The notes under the pieces: model-generated
What the model saw: the letters and a program-made list of their open reading frames with translations, nothing else
What the model was told of the DNA's origin: nothing
Databases searched by the model: none
Translations under genes and position numbers: made by a program
Shown: in pieces, positions 47,774 through 56,277 of the stretch
How the letters are laid out: the number at the start of each line of letters is the position of its first letter
How positions within the stretch are numbered: the stretch's first letter is position 1
DNA from: a phage
Length of the DNA stretch: 64,000 nucleotides
Strand: one strand, 5' to 3'
Sequence record: PZ583739.1

Positions 47774-48205
47774 TTAAATTTCAAATTCTTTTCGGAAGTT
47801 GGAAGCATAAGACTGAACTGATGCTTTGTTGAATCCAAACTCACGCACAATCATATCAATAACAGCTCTGCGAGCAGCACCATTAGACATATTAACAGTT
47901 TTGAACATATCATAGCATAAATCTTTGTTGCTCATACCGGAGCGTTTAGGTGCTTTTGGTTCAGCTTTAGGAGTAGGTTTAACTTCTGGTTTAACCTGTC
48001 CATCATTCAGACCTTTAAAAATTTTACCTGCCAGAGTTGCCAGTTTAGCAGCTTCGCCACGAGTGATACCAAATACTGCCGGGTTAAATGAAATACCTTC
48101 AGCTGTCAGACGTTTGAAGAACATACGTGCTGCGGATTGTGCTTCAGCTTCAGAAGAGTTGTTTAATGCCAGTTTAACATACTTAACCAGTTTTGAAGTT
48201 TTCAT
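47774..48205 (-). CDS. Hypothetical protein, 143 aa, paralogue of 48289-48714
   Basis: Trimmed to ATG at 48205 (MKTSKLVKY...); C-terminal ...AARRAVIDMIV...VQSYASNFRKEFEI. Confidence 0.45.
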   Translation of the reverse strand: MKTSKLVKYVKLALNNSSEAEAQSAARMFFKRLTAEGISFNPAVFGITRGEAAKLATLAGKIFKGLNDGQVKPEVKPTPKAEPKAPKRSGMSNKDLCYDMFKTVNMSNGAARRAVIDMIVREFGFNKASVQSYASNFRKEFEI

Positions 48206-48247
48206 TTTATTATCCCGTTTGTTTATTTGGTAACTCAGTATGGGATA

Positions 48248-48276
48248 ATTATACACTATCCCACCTGGAAGTAAAA
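48248..48276 (-). promoter_or_regulatory. T4-type early promoter cassette (PeSL-like)
   Basis: Minus strand: GTTTTAC, 17 nt, TATAAT, then TATCCCATACTGAGTTACCAAATAAA. Confidence 0.5.
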
Positions 48277-48288
48277 CACTTTTCTCAA

Positions 48289-48714
48289 TTATTTTTGAGC
48301 TTTGCGGAAGTTGGAAGCATATGACTGAACAACAGTCTTTTTGATATCATGGGTGGTAACCAGAACATCAATCAGAGCACGACGAGCTGCATTATCATTC
48401 ATATCAATTTCTGCAAATGCCTGGAAGCAAATGTCACGAGCGTTACCAGATTTGGACTGGATTTTTTCTTCTTTAACTTCTTCAATTGGGAATTCAATCA
48501 TTTCAGCTTGGATTAATTCAATAATAGATTCTTTTGACTGTTTGGTGTTTACCTTCAGTTCAGAATTAAGGGACTTGGCGATGGCAACAATCTGGGTTGA
48601 AGTCAGATGGATAAGTGCATCTTCACGAATGCAGATTTCACATACTTCGTCGGCAACCATTTTGTTAGTGATGCGGGTAACAGAGAATGCAGAGGTCAGG
48701 GTCAGAAAGTTCAT
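48289..48714 (-). CDS. Hypothetical protein, 141 aa, paralogue of 47774-48205
   Basis: Trimmed to ATG at 48714 (MNFLTLTSAF...); C-terminal ...AARRALIDVLV...VQSYASNFRKAQK. Confidence 0.45.
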   Translation of the reverse strand: MNFLTLTSAFSVTRITNKMVADEVCEICIREDALIHLTSTQIVAIAKSLNSELKVNTKQSKESIIELIQAEMIEFPIEEVKEEKIQSKSGNARDICFQAFAEIDMNDNAARRALIDVLVTTHDIKKTVVQSYASNFRKAQK

Positions 48715-48765
48715 TTTATTTCTCCAAAGTTTTGTTTGATTCAGTGTGTAACTCAATATGGAATC

Positions 48766-48794
48766 ATTATGCACCCGGTCAATTCGGATGTACA
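48766..48794 (-). promoter_or_regulatory. T4-type early promoter cassette (PeSL-like)
   Basis: Minus strand: GTGTACA, 17 nt, CATAAT, then GATTCCATATTGAGTTACACACTG. Confidence 0.5.
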
Positions 48795-48830
48795 CTACTT
48801 TTTGAAGAAAATTTCAAATTTATTCAGGGT

Positions 48831-48854
48831 ATAAAAAAGCCCGCATTGCGGGCT
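48831..48854 (-). terminator. Rho-independent terminator
   Basis: Minus-strand hairpin AGCCCGCaaugGCGGGCU followed by U6. Confidence 0.6.
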
Positions 48855-48855
48855 G

Positions 48856-49410
48856 TTAGTTCTTATAAAAACGGAACGGATTTATATGAAAGGCGAGCAT
48901 AGCCTTAGGGATGGGTCGGGACAGAAGGCTCTTGAGCTTCCAGCCACAATAAACACGCAGATAAAAGGTGATTCCACCGACCTTAAGATAAGGAACAGAA
49001 GCAAAAACACCCCAGGCATTGTCCGTCCACATAAAGAGCCATCCATGATGAGCTTTATCCGGGGAACCAGATTCGACATCAGGATTACCTTTATAATGGA
49101 ATTCTGAATTGCAATCACGACCGAGCTTGTGGTAAGCAAAATTGTATGCTTTGTTTCGCCAGAGCCAGGCTACTCGTTGAAAGTAAACACCTAATGGCCA
49201 TTTTCGGATTTTTGACCAACGTTTGACATGACCTCGGTCACCATCAATCGGATTATCATAAGTCATCATCCAATCAAATCCGAACGGAAGTTTACCAGTC
49301 TTTTTATTATGGAACGGAACTACAAATGGAGCCAGGATAACGGCCAGAATCATGGAGATAAAATCCAGCGGAACTAACAGAATCCAACTCAAATATTTTA
49401 ACAGTTTCAT
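48856..49410 (-). CDS. Membrane protein, ~184 aa
   Basis: Trimmed to MKLLKYLSWILLVPLDFISMILAVILAPFVVPF (N-terminal TM); Trp/His-rich; TATAAATC (late-promoter-like, 7/8) lies 20 nt upstream. Confidence 0.45.
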   Translation of the reverse strand: MKLLKYLSWILLVPLDFISMILAVILAPFVVPFHNKKTGKLPFGFDWMMTYDNPIDGDRGHVKRWSKIRKWPLGVYFQRVAWLWRNKAYNFAYHKLGRDCNSEFHYKGNPDVESGSPDKAHHGWLFMWTDNAWGVFASVPYLKVGGITFYLRVYCGWKLKSLLSRPIPKAMLAFHINPFRFYKN

Positions 49411-49432
49411 ACGTTTCTCTTTAGTTGATTTA

Positions 49433-49461
49433 TAAAAAAGCCCCAACCTTTCGGAAGGGGC
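49433..49461 (-). terminator. Rho-independent terminator
   Basis: Minus-strand hairpin AGCCCCuuccgaaagguuGGGGCU followed by U6. Confidence 0.55.
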
Positions 49462-49499
49462 TATACCTTGTCGGGGTTCCACCTGCAAGGCAAGTGTTC

Positions 49500-49883
49500 T
49501 TATCCGCGAGCGAATGCCATTGCAGCGCGTTCGTTGGCACGGTCGGTGATGTTCAAGAATTTATCACGAGCGATTTCGATTGGAGCGCCAACCCAGTCAG
49601 CGGCACCATTACCTGGAGACTGTTTAGGACGAACCATATAAGTTGAAACTTTGGAACCGGCTAGTTTAGCACCTGGTGCTGCTGCGTTTTTAACGTCTTT
49701 GGCTTTGATACCAAACCCAGTTACGATACCCCAAGAAACACCATTAACTGGTTTCTTGAACATAACACGGTCACCAATTGAAACACCGGCTTTTTCTGGA
49801 GCCACTAAAGAAAATTTGCCAGCTTCAGTCAGTACGGATTCGGTGATGGTATTGCGATTTAAAAATTCTGCATATGTAAGCAT
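49500..49883 (-). CDS. Small protein with CTS-like N-terminus (internal-protein candidate), 127 aa
   Basis: MLTYAEFLNRNTITESVLTEA...; late promoter TATAAATA 32 nt upstream. Confidence 0.5.
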   Translation of the reverse strand: MLTYAEFLNRNTITESVLTEAGKFSLVAPEKAGVSIGDRVMFKKPVNGVSWGIVTGFGIKAKDVKNAAAPGAKLAGSKVSTYMVRPKQSPGNGAADWVGAPIEIARDKFLNITDRANERAAMAFARG

Positions 49884-49914
49884 TTTGTTTTTCCATTATT
49901 AGGGTTGTTGTTAA

Positions 49915-49922
49915 TATTTATA
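49915..49922 (-). promoter_or_regulatory. T4 late promoter TATAAATA
   Basis: Exact TATAAATA on minus strand 32 nt upstream of ATG at 49883. Confidence 0.55.
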
Positions 49923-50120
49923 TTCCATAGTACCGGATGCACCATCCGCTCGGATTTCTCATACTACCGGGCGCACCGCCCGCTCTGGAAAAACTCCGTA
50001 AAAGGGTGCGCCGTTTCTGCTGTGATATAAGGGGACATCAACAAATCGTAAAGATTTATTAATGTCAGTCCTTAAACAGGGAACATCAGTCCGACGACTT
50101 ACCGGTAGCGACCCGGTTTC

Positions 50121-50360
50121 TCATTCAATTGTAATAGCTAATTTGACTTTAACAACCTTATAATTGGAATCAAGGTCATTGAATTCCATAAAATTTGTTG
50201 CTAATCTGCGAGTCGGGAAACTTAGATATTTATTATGAGCCGGAGGAGCGGTTAATGCAAACCATGGGACTTGTTTATCATTTGCATCAAACTCGTCAAA
50301 GCTATAAACCAGCTCGTTGTTGGTTATATCCATAACCGCGTAGGATTCGTTAATAACCAT
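50121..50360 (-). CDS. Hypothetical protein, 79 aa
   Basis: Trimmed to ATG at 50360 with RBS GAGGA; the ORF-track N-terminal extension runs into tRNA-Arg. Confidence 0.4.
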   Translation of the reverse strand: MVINESYAVMDITNNELVYSFDEFDANDKQVPWFALTAPPAHNKYLSFPTRRLATNFMEFNDLDSNYKVVKVKLAITIE

Positions 50361-50375
50361 AATATCCTCAGTAAT

Positions 50376-50452
50376 TGGTCGGGGTGGTGGGATTCTAACC
50401 CACAACCTACGGTTTAGAAGACCGTTGCTCTATACAATTGAGCTACACCCCG
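50376..50452 (-). tRNA. tRNA-Arg (anticodon UCU), CCA encoded
   Basis: Hand-folded cloverleaf: acceptor CGGGGTG/CACCCCG, anticodon stem ACGGT/ACCGT, loop CTTCTAA, T-arm GTGGG-TTAGAAT-CCCAC, discriminator A + CCA. Confidence 0.8.
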
Positions 50453-50454
50453 GG

Positions 50455-50528
50455 TGGCCCCATCCGGACTTGAACCGGAAACCTGCCAGTTATGAGCCGG
50501 ATGCTCTAACCAATTGAGCTACAGGGCC
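50455..50528 (-). tRNA. tRNA with CAU anticodon (Met, or Ile if lysidine-modified)
   Basis: Hand-folded: acceptor GGCCCTG/TGGGGCC, D-arm GCTC-AATTGGTTA-GAGC, anticodon loop CTCATAA, T-arm TCCGG-TTCAAGT-CCGGA. Confidence 0.8.
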
Positions 50529-50533
50529 TAAAA

Positions 50534-50800
50534 TTAAATTACAAATCCAGCGGGAGCATTATCATCTTTTGCCATGTGCTGAATTGTATGATAAGTCATT
50601 TCTTCCGGAGCAACCAGATAAGCCGCAACGTTAACTAGTGGAATTATTTTTGGTTTAGCGAATGTGCTATCGGCAATTGCCATAAAGGACTCGCCGTCGG
50701 TCTCAACTTCGCCAAATTGACATTCATATGAAATAGAACAACGTTTGGTAGTTGTTGTCTTGGTTTCCGGGTCATAAAAAGCTAATTTTAATACTAACAT
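50534..50800 (-). CDS. Hypothetical protein, 88 aa
   Basis: ATG at 50800 with RBS GAGGTG; immediately upstream of the tRNA pair. Confidence 0.4.
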   Translation of the reverse strand: MLVLKLAFYDPETKTTTTKRCSISYECQFGEVETDGESFMAIADSTFAKPKIIPLVNVAAYLVAPEEMTYHTIQHMAKDDNAPAGFVI

Positions 50801-50921
50801 AAGCACCTCAAGTAAAATTAAGTAAAGTAAGTTTGATTAATAGCACATGCTATTATGAAAGGTTCTTTGAGGGAAGAACCTTTGGTAATAGAGGGTACTT
50901 ATTAATAATAACGCGTTTTTG

Positions 50922-51398
50922 TTAAAGCATATCAAGCCCTTTAACAGATGGGATTCGGATTTCTTCTTCGATTATATATAGCTTAACATAAGAAATTACA
51001 CGCATGAAATCGCCATCATATTCGCAAGCCATACCAAGGAGCTCAGTAAGGGCTTCATTCAAATAGTATGCTTCTTCATCATCATTCAACAAGGCTTCTA
51101 AGTCTTGGATACCAAGAACTTTATCCAAAAATTCATAAGTCAACTGGCCAGATTTTACGCCAGATGCAATGTGGGCGATAACCAAGTGCTTAACCACATC
51201 CCATTCTGAATTACCACATTTGTTGCGGTTGTTACAATGCGAACCATGGAAAAGTTCCAGGATATATTTGTACTGCTGGATTTCTTGTTCTTCTACGCCA
51301 AATACCGTTTGGGTTTTATAGTTGTCACCATCATTTTCCCAGGTTTCAATTTCAATCACATAACCTTTAGGGATGGTCTGACCAAATTTGATATTCAT
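50922..51398 (-). CDS. Hypothetical protein, 158 aa
   Basis: ATG at 51398 overlaps upstream stop (ATGA). Confidence 0.45.
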   Translation of the reverse strand: MNIKFGQTIPKGYVIEIETWENDGDNYKTQTVFGVEEQEIQQYKYILELFHGSHCNNRNKCGNSEWDVVKHLVIAHIASGVKSGQLTYEFLDKVLGIQDLEALLNDDEEAYYLNEALTELLGMACEYDGDFMRVISYVKLYIIEEEIRIPSVKGLDML

Positions 51399-51784
51399 TC
51401 GCATGTTCCTTCATCAACAATAGTATGCGTATTGGCATTAACAATCTGCCACCAGTCAAAACGGTTGGAACCATAACAAGGCTTCTTCTCGTTTTCTTTA
51501 ATGATATCACGCAGTTCATCTTCAGTCGCAGCCTTTGCGATTAAGTCAGCATAACCGCCACGAGGATAATAGCTATCACCAGCAAAGAGCAAAAAGTTTG
51601 TTTTGATATTCTTGAATTCTTCAAGAGTAATAACTGTTCCATTTGGTTGAACAATATCTACATAACTATACCCTAATTTTTGAGCTTCATCTACTGCTTC
51701 AAGCAGGGTGTCATGCGCCCACCCAATTTGGCAATCTGGTTTTTCAGATGGATTTGCCTGATAATCCGCGTACACTTTATACAT
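51395..51784 (-). CDS. Hypothetical protein, 129 aa
   Basis: ATG at 51784 with RBS AAGGTG. Confidence 0.45.
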   Translation of the reverse strand: MYKVYADYQANPSEKPDCQIGWAHDTLLEAVDEAQKLGYSYVDIVQPNGTVITLEEFKNIKTNFLLFAGDSYYPRGGYADLIAKAATEDELRDIIKENEKKPCYGSNRFDWWQIVNANTHTIVDEGTCE

Positions 51785-51785
51785 T

Positions 51786-51971
51786 TTACTCACCTTTGGA
51801 GATTTTATCCATAACGAAAGAGATTGAACCAATTAAAAATGCAACTACTAAAGAGATTATATTCTCAGAAGTTGAAAGCATATTCAACATAAAGCCAGCA
51901 AACATGCTAAAACCAAAAGCGGTAACAGCAACAAGGGCAGTAACATTTCTAATTAATTCGCAACGTTTCAT
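51786..51971 (-). CDS. Small membrane protein, 61 aa
   Basis: Two hydrophobic helices. Confidence 0.4.
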   Translation of the reverse strand: MKRCELIRNVTALVAVTAFGFSMFAGFMLNMLSTSENIISLVVAFLIGSISFVMDKISKGE

Positions 51972-52032
51972 TTTATTCTCCTCATATTTTGATAGGGTTA
52001 TAGTATCTCAACTAGAACCCGTTGTAAACAAT

Positions 52033-52257
52033 TTATTCCACACCAGCAGCTTTCAAAAGTTTTTTAAGATTGGCAGTACCTTGAGCGGAAAATGTGACTT
52101 TGCCACCTTTTTCACCGATGCTACCGGTCAATTTAGCAAGTTTATCACTTGGAATTTTTTTAAAATCAGCCAGTGTACCATCAAAGGTTTTTGTAACAAC
52201 TGGCAGTTCATCTTCGTGTCTTTTAGCTTCGGTAATAAATTCTTGATAAGTTTTCAT
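52033..52257 (-). CDS. CTS-tagged capsid internal protein candidate, 74 aa
   Basis: N-terminus MKTYQEFITEA; own early promoter. Confidence 0.65.
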   Translation of the reverse strand: MKTYQEFITEAKRHEDELPVVTKTFDGTLADFKKIPSDKLAKLTGSIGEKGGKVTFSAQGTANLKKLLKAAGVE

Positions 52258-52287
52258 TTTGATTCCTATTGTTTATTTGATGAGATA

Positions 52288-52316
52288 ATTATACAATATC
52301 CCATTCAAAAGTACAC
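52288..52316 (-). promoter_or_regulatory. T4-type early promoter
   Basis: Minus strand: GTGTAC, 17 nt, TATAAT, then TATCTC. Confidence 0.45.
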
Positions 52317-52571
52317 TTATTTTTTAGGGATACGGTAGTAACGCATCTCAACATCTTTCTGCTTGTACCACTTTTTGATAAGGTCTTCAGAACCTTTAAT
52401 AGTAACGATGTCATAGCGACCATCATGCGATACTTCAGCACTTAACTGCATGAAGTTGTCTAGTGAACGACGCAATTCCTCATTAGAAAAACTACCACGC
52501 GGGGAACCAACATAAGCAAACTCAACTTTTGCATCTGCGGCTTCGTTAATAAATTCTTGATAAGTTTTCAT
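52317..52571 (-). CDS. CTS-tagged capsid internal protein candidate, 84 aa
   Basis: N-terminus MKTYQEFINEA; own early promoter. Confidence 0.65.
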   Translation of the reverse strand: MKTYQEFINEAADAKVEFAYVGSPRGSFSNEELRRSLDNFMQLSAEVSHDGRYDIVTIKGSEDLIKKWYKQKDVEMRYYRIPKK

Positions 52572-52596
52572 GTTGTCTCCAGTAGTTGATGAGATA

Positions 52597-52626
52597 ATTA
52601 TACTGCAGTTATCCCATCGCGTATAC
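52597..52626 (-). promoter_or_regulatory. T4-type early promoter
   Basis: Minus strand: GTATAC, 18 nt, TATAAT, then TATCTC. Confidence 0.4.
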
Positions 52627-52627
52627 T

Positions 52628-52870
52628 TTATTTTAAGTCTTCCAGACGTTTTTTCATCTTGGTGCCGTTCTTAGCAATCTCGCCTGCATCAGAACAAAGA
52701 GCAAGGAGAGCTTTAACTTTACCCTGGTCGCCTTTAAAAGATGATGCATCTACTGAATCAGCAAGTTCTTTGATACGTGCAAACAGGCGCTCTGCTTCAG
52801 CAAGGGCTTGACCAAGTTTAACTTCCATACCATGGGAAGATTCTGTTATAAATGTTTGATAAGTTTTCAT
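52628..52870 (-). CDS. CTS-tagged capsid internal protein candidate, 80 aa
   Basis: N-terminus MKTYQTFITES. Confidence 0.65.
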   Translation of the reverse strand: MKTYQTFITESSHGMEVKLGQALAEAERLFARIKELADSVDASSFKGDQGKVKALLALCSDAGEIAKNGTKMKKRLEDLK

Positions 52871-52878
52871 TTGAAATC

Positions 52879-53151
52879 CTATTTTAGATAAATTGCATAT
52901 TTTTTATAACCAGCCGTCTCATGGCGAAGACCCTTGTCATTGGCAAAACGCTCAATGTTATTAATTTGGTTCTGGTCAAGTTCTGAAATGTCAAACGCGA
53001 AAAAGTTGCGTTTGTTGCCAATTGTTATATGGTCAGTTAAGTCAATGCTATACAGGTGATTGATATTGTCAATCATAGCTTTGACCGCTTTACTAATTTT
53101 TACTTCTTCATTCAGTTGTGACTCGTTGAAAAATTCATTGAAAGTTTTCAT
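52879..53151 (-). CDS. CTS-tagged capsid internal protein candidate, 90 aa
   Basis: N-terminus MKTFNEFFNES; late promoter TATAAATA 10 nt upstream of the ATG. Confidence 0.6.
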   Translation of the reverse strand: MKTFNEFFNESQLNEEVKISKAVKAMIDNINHLYSIDLTDHITIGNKRNFFAFDISELDQNQINNIERFANDKGLRHETAGYKKYAIYLK

Positions 53152-53159
53152 AAGAAACC

Positions 53160-53492
53160 TTATTTATAAAGTTTTGCCAGTTCTTTACGTCCGCGAGCAG
53201 ACATAATAAATTGTTCATCGCCAATTTTAAAATAAGCCATACCACCGTCAACAGCGATACCAATTTCTTTAGTACCTTCTTTGCCTTTCCACTTGCCACC
53301 AGATTTCAGGACAGCTTCAACTGCAGCTTTGGAATATTTGGACGTTTGAAAACGTTCATTACCAATCTGAAAGAAAACACCATCTGCATTTTTGGATAAA
53401 CCAAATTTCAGAGAGCCTTCACTATCATCAATTGATTTGGTCTCATTGATGGCGGATTCGGCTAAAAACTCGTTGTAAGTCTTTATGTTCAT
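53160..53492 (-). CDS. CTS-tagged capsid internal protein candidate, 110 aa
   Basis: N-terminus MNIKTYNEFLAES; own early promoter. Confidence 0.6.
   Translation of the reverse strand: MNIKTYNEFLAESAINETKSIDDSEGSLKFGLSKNADGVFFQIGNERFQTSKYSKAAVEAVLKSGGKWKGKEGTKEIGIAVDGGMAYFKIGDEQFIMSARGRKELAKLYK
53161..53168 (-). promoter_or_regulatory. T4 late promoter TATAAATA
   Basis: Exact TATAAATA on minus strand overlapping the stop of the upstream gene. Confidence 0.5.
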
Positions 53493-53523
53493 TTTAACTC
53501 CGTTTGTTCATTGGTGTAGGAAC

Positions 53524-53552
53524 ATAATACTGCACCTACACTCATTTGTACA
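53524..53552 (-). promoter_or_regulatory. T4-type early promoter
   Basis: Minus strand: GTGTACA, 17 nt, TATTAT, then GTTCCT. Confidence 0.45.
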
Positions 53553-54243
<691 letters not shown>

Positions 54244-54244
<1 letters not shown>

Positions 54245-54921
54245 TATATTACCTTATTAATTTTATCAAAAAGTTCTTCGAGTGTGCCATCGTTTTTAAT
54301 AACAATGTCACTAGCTAGTGGTGGAAGTCCAGCTTCCGTAATGTGTGTATCAGTAGAATGATTTGCTTCATCGCGTTCTACAAAGATTATTGTAGCACCC
54401 ATCGCCCGAAGCGAATCAAGTTCGTTCTTTTGGCGAACATCTGGGACAACGTAATATTTATATCCAGAATAGAGGTTGTCAAGATAGTCGCAGGCAAAAG
54501 TTTTAATCCAAAACATGCTGTCGAACTCTGTACAAACAATATCAGTTCCAAGGGTCTGCATGAAACGTCTAACTGTCCAGGGCTCAACATTATTTAGTGT
54601 GTGAAATTCAATAATTTTACGAACCATATCCGGATTCGGAAGGTCAAGATTGTATTGTTGTTTCAACCATTCAAGAGCATCAACCAGAAGAATATAAGCT
54701 TCGGTGTTGTTCATTATCAAGGTTTTTTCACGGTCATAACCTTGCCCATCAAAATTTTCCAGGGTCAAATTGTGTGGCAGGTCTTGACGAATCCACGCTT
54801 TATAAAGCGCTTCTTTAATCGGACCAGCAAGCTGCCACTTTGTTCCGTTTTGACTAATAACATAATCAGCAGTCGTATCTTTACCACTGCGTTTTTTACC
54901 CACAATCGCAATTAATTTCAT
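54244..54921 (-). CDS. 1: Deoxynucleoside monophosphate kinase gp1
   Basis: 225 aa; P-loop GKKRSGKDTTADYV; ...RAMGATIIFVERDEANHSTDTHITEAGLP as in T4 gp1. Confidence 0.92.
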
Positions 54922-55517
54922 ACGTTTCTCATAGATGGATGCATTGACTTAGACCTGATTTCCTGTTGCATTGCTGCATTACTATCAATCTGTGGTCTAC
55001 CTTCTATTATTATACCATCAATTTCTACAGCAAAAGACTTAAAGTTAAAAGTTGCTGTTGCATTGATAGCCGGGTCAGAATCTTCTTTATATGAGTACTG
55101 AATCTCTGACAGGTCGGACGGCCATGCTCCATAGTAATGGATTGACATGACAATTTTGTCCTTGTTGTTATCTAAGATATGAAGCGTGACCGCTTCGGGA
55201 CGACCCTTCGGATGCCATGCTTTTGATTCGTGTGTGATGTAGTTATTGAGCGAGAGCATCCATTTATAAATGTCAAGCCATGCTCTTAGGTCTTTGTCAC
55301 ACAGAAAGTTAACAATCAGCGGGTCGAATTCTATTGTACTACCAGGAAGACTGGAGCGATTTATACCTTGTGTTCCGCCCGGAACATCCGTCACAGGAAT
55401 GTGAACTCCAGGGAGGGTAACATCTTGAACATTGAGTTTAAAGGTCTGTGTGAGGTTTGAATCGCTTACCTCTAATATAAAGTTAGTCGTGTTAGTTTGA
55501 TTATATAAACCTGACAT
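54918..55517 (-). CDS. 3: gp3-like tail completion / sheath stabiliser protein
   Basis: Assigned by position between genes 1 and 2 (T4 order 1-3-2-4); start trimmed to first ATG (MSGLYNQ...); homology not verified. Confidence 0.5.
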   Translation of the reverse strand: MSGLYNQTNTTNFILEVSDSNLTQTFKLNVQDVTLPGVHIPVTDVPGGTQGINRSSLPGSTIEFDPLIVNFLCDKDLRAWLDIYKWMLSLNNYITHESKAWHPKGRPEAVTLHILDNNKDKIVMSIHYYGAWPSDLSEIQYSYKEDSDPAINATATFNFKSFAVEIDGIIIEGRPQIDSNAAMQQEIRSKSMHPSMRNV

Positions 55518-55602
55518 AGTGCACCTTGTTTGCTTTAAAACAATCAGTGTTATAATGGTTCTAGACCTTTTGTCCTTACCAATAACACTGACCGACAATA
55601 GA

Positions 55603-56277
55603 TTATTTTATTAATGTGTTAAGTCTTAGCTTAGTCATAAACGGATAACGTTCCAACATTGGCTTTACCCAGTATCGAGGATGCAATTCCTTTTTATATG
55701 CTAGGACCAACTCTCGAGCTTGCTCGATGGTATCAACTCCGAAGTTTTTGCACATTTCTTGCCTATCTTTTTCCCACCGGCGCTTTCTCAATTCATCCTG
55801 AATCTCTTTATTTTTAAAATGTCCATTATTGCGAGAATGTTTTGTACCCTTGGTTGGACTGTAATGTCTTCCTTTGACAAACCCATCCGGAACATCTTCC
55901 CATGGAAATAGTTTTATCGATTTTACACCATTATTAAAGTAAACTTTACCGGTTTGGCTTTTAGAAATATTGTCAGCGTGTCTGCGTCTTAACCAGCCAA
56001 ATAATTTATTATTGCGTTTCAAATACTTGCTTGACTGGCTCATAGATGTGGCAGCAAAACTTAAACCTGGATTTGTAGGATATATTTTAACCAATAGTTG
56101 ATGGGCTACATAATGTTCTTCGGGAGTCAAATCGACTAAGTTATCCGGAGCATTTGAACCACCCATACATTTCGGAATGATGTGATGAGATTCTTTATAT
56201 GAAATCAGGACCCTGTTACGGGCCCTTTCAATTAACGATGAATATATAAACTGATAATTCAAAGTGAATTTCTCCAT
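55603..56277 (-). CDS. HNH homing endonuclease, free-standing, inserted between genes 3 and 2
   Basis: 224 aa; [31 protein letters not shown] is a canonical HNH motif; basic C-terminal DNA-binding-like region. Confidence 0.75.
   Translation of the reverse strand: MEKFTLNYQFIYSSLIERARNRVLISYKESHHIIPKCMGGSNAPDNLVDLTPEEHYVAHQLLVKIYPTNPGLSFAATSMSQSSKYLKRNNKLFGWLRRRHADNISKSQTGKVYFNNGVKSIKLFPWEDVPDGFVKGRHYSPTKGTKHSRNNGHFKNKEIQDELRKRRWEKDRQEMCKNFGVDTIEQARELVLAYKKELHPRYWVKPMLERYPFMTKLRLNTLIK

Noticed and set aside
51643-52338. 231-aa plus-strand ORF
   Set aside because: Antisense to several minus-strand genes and crosses an early promoter cassette; no RBS; composition artefact.
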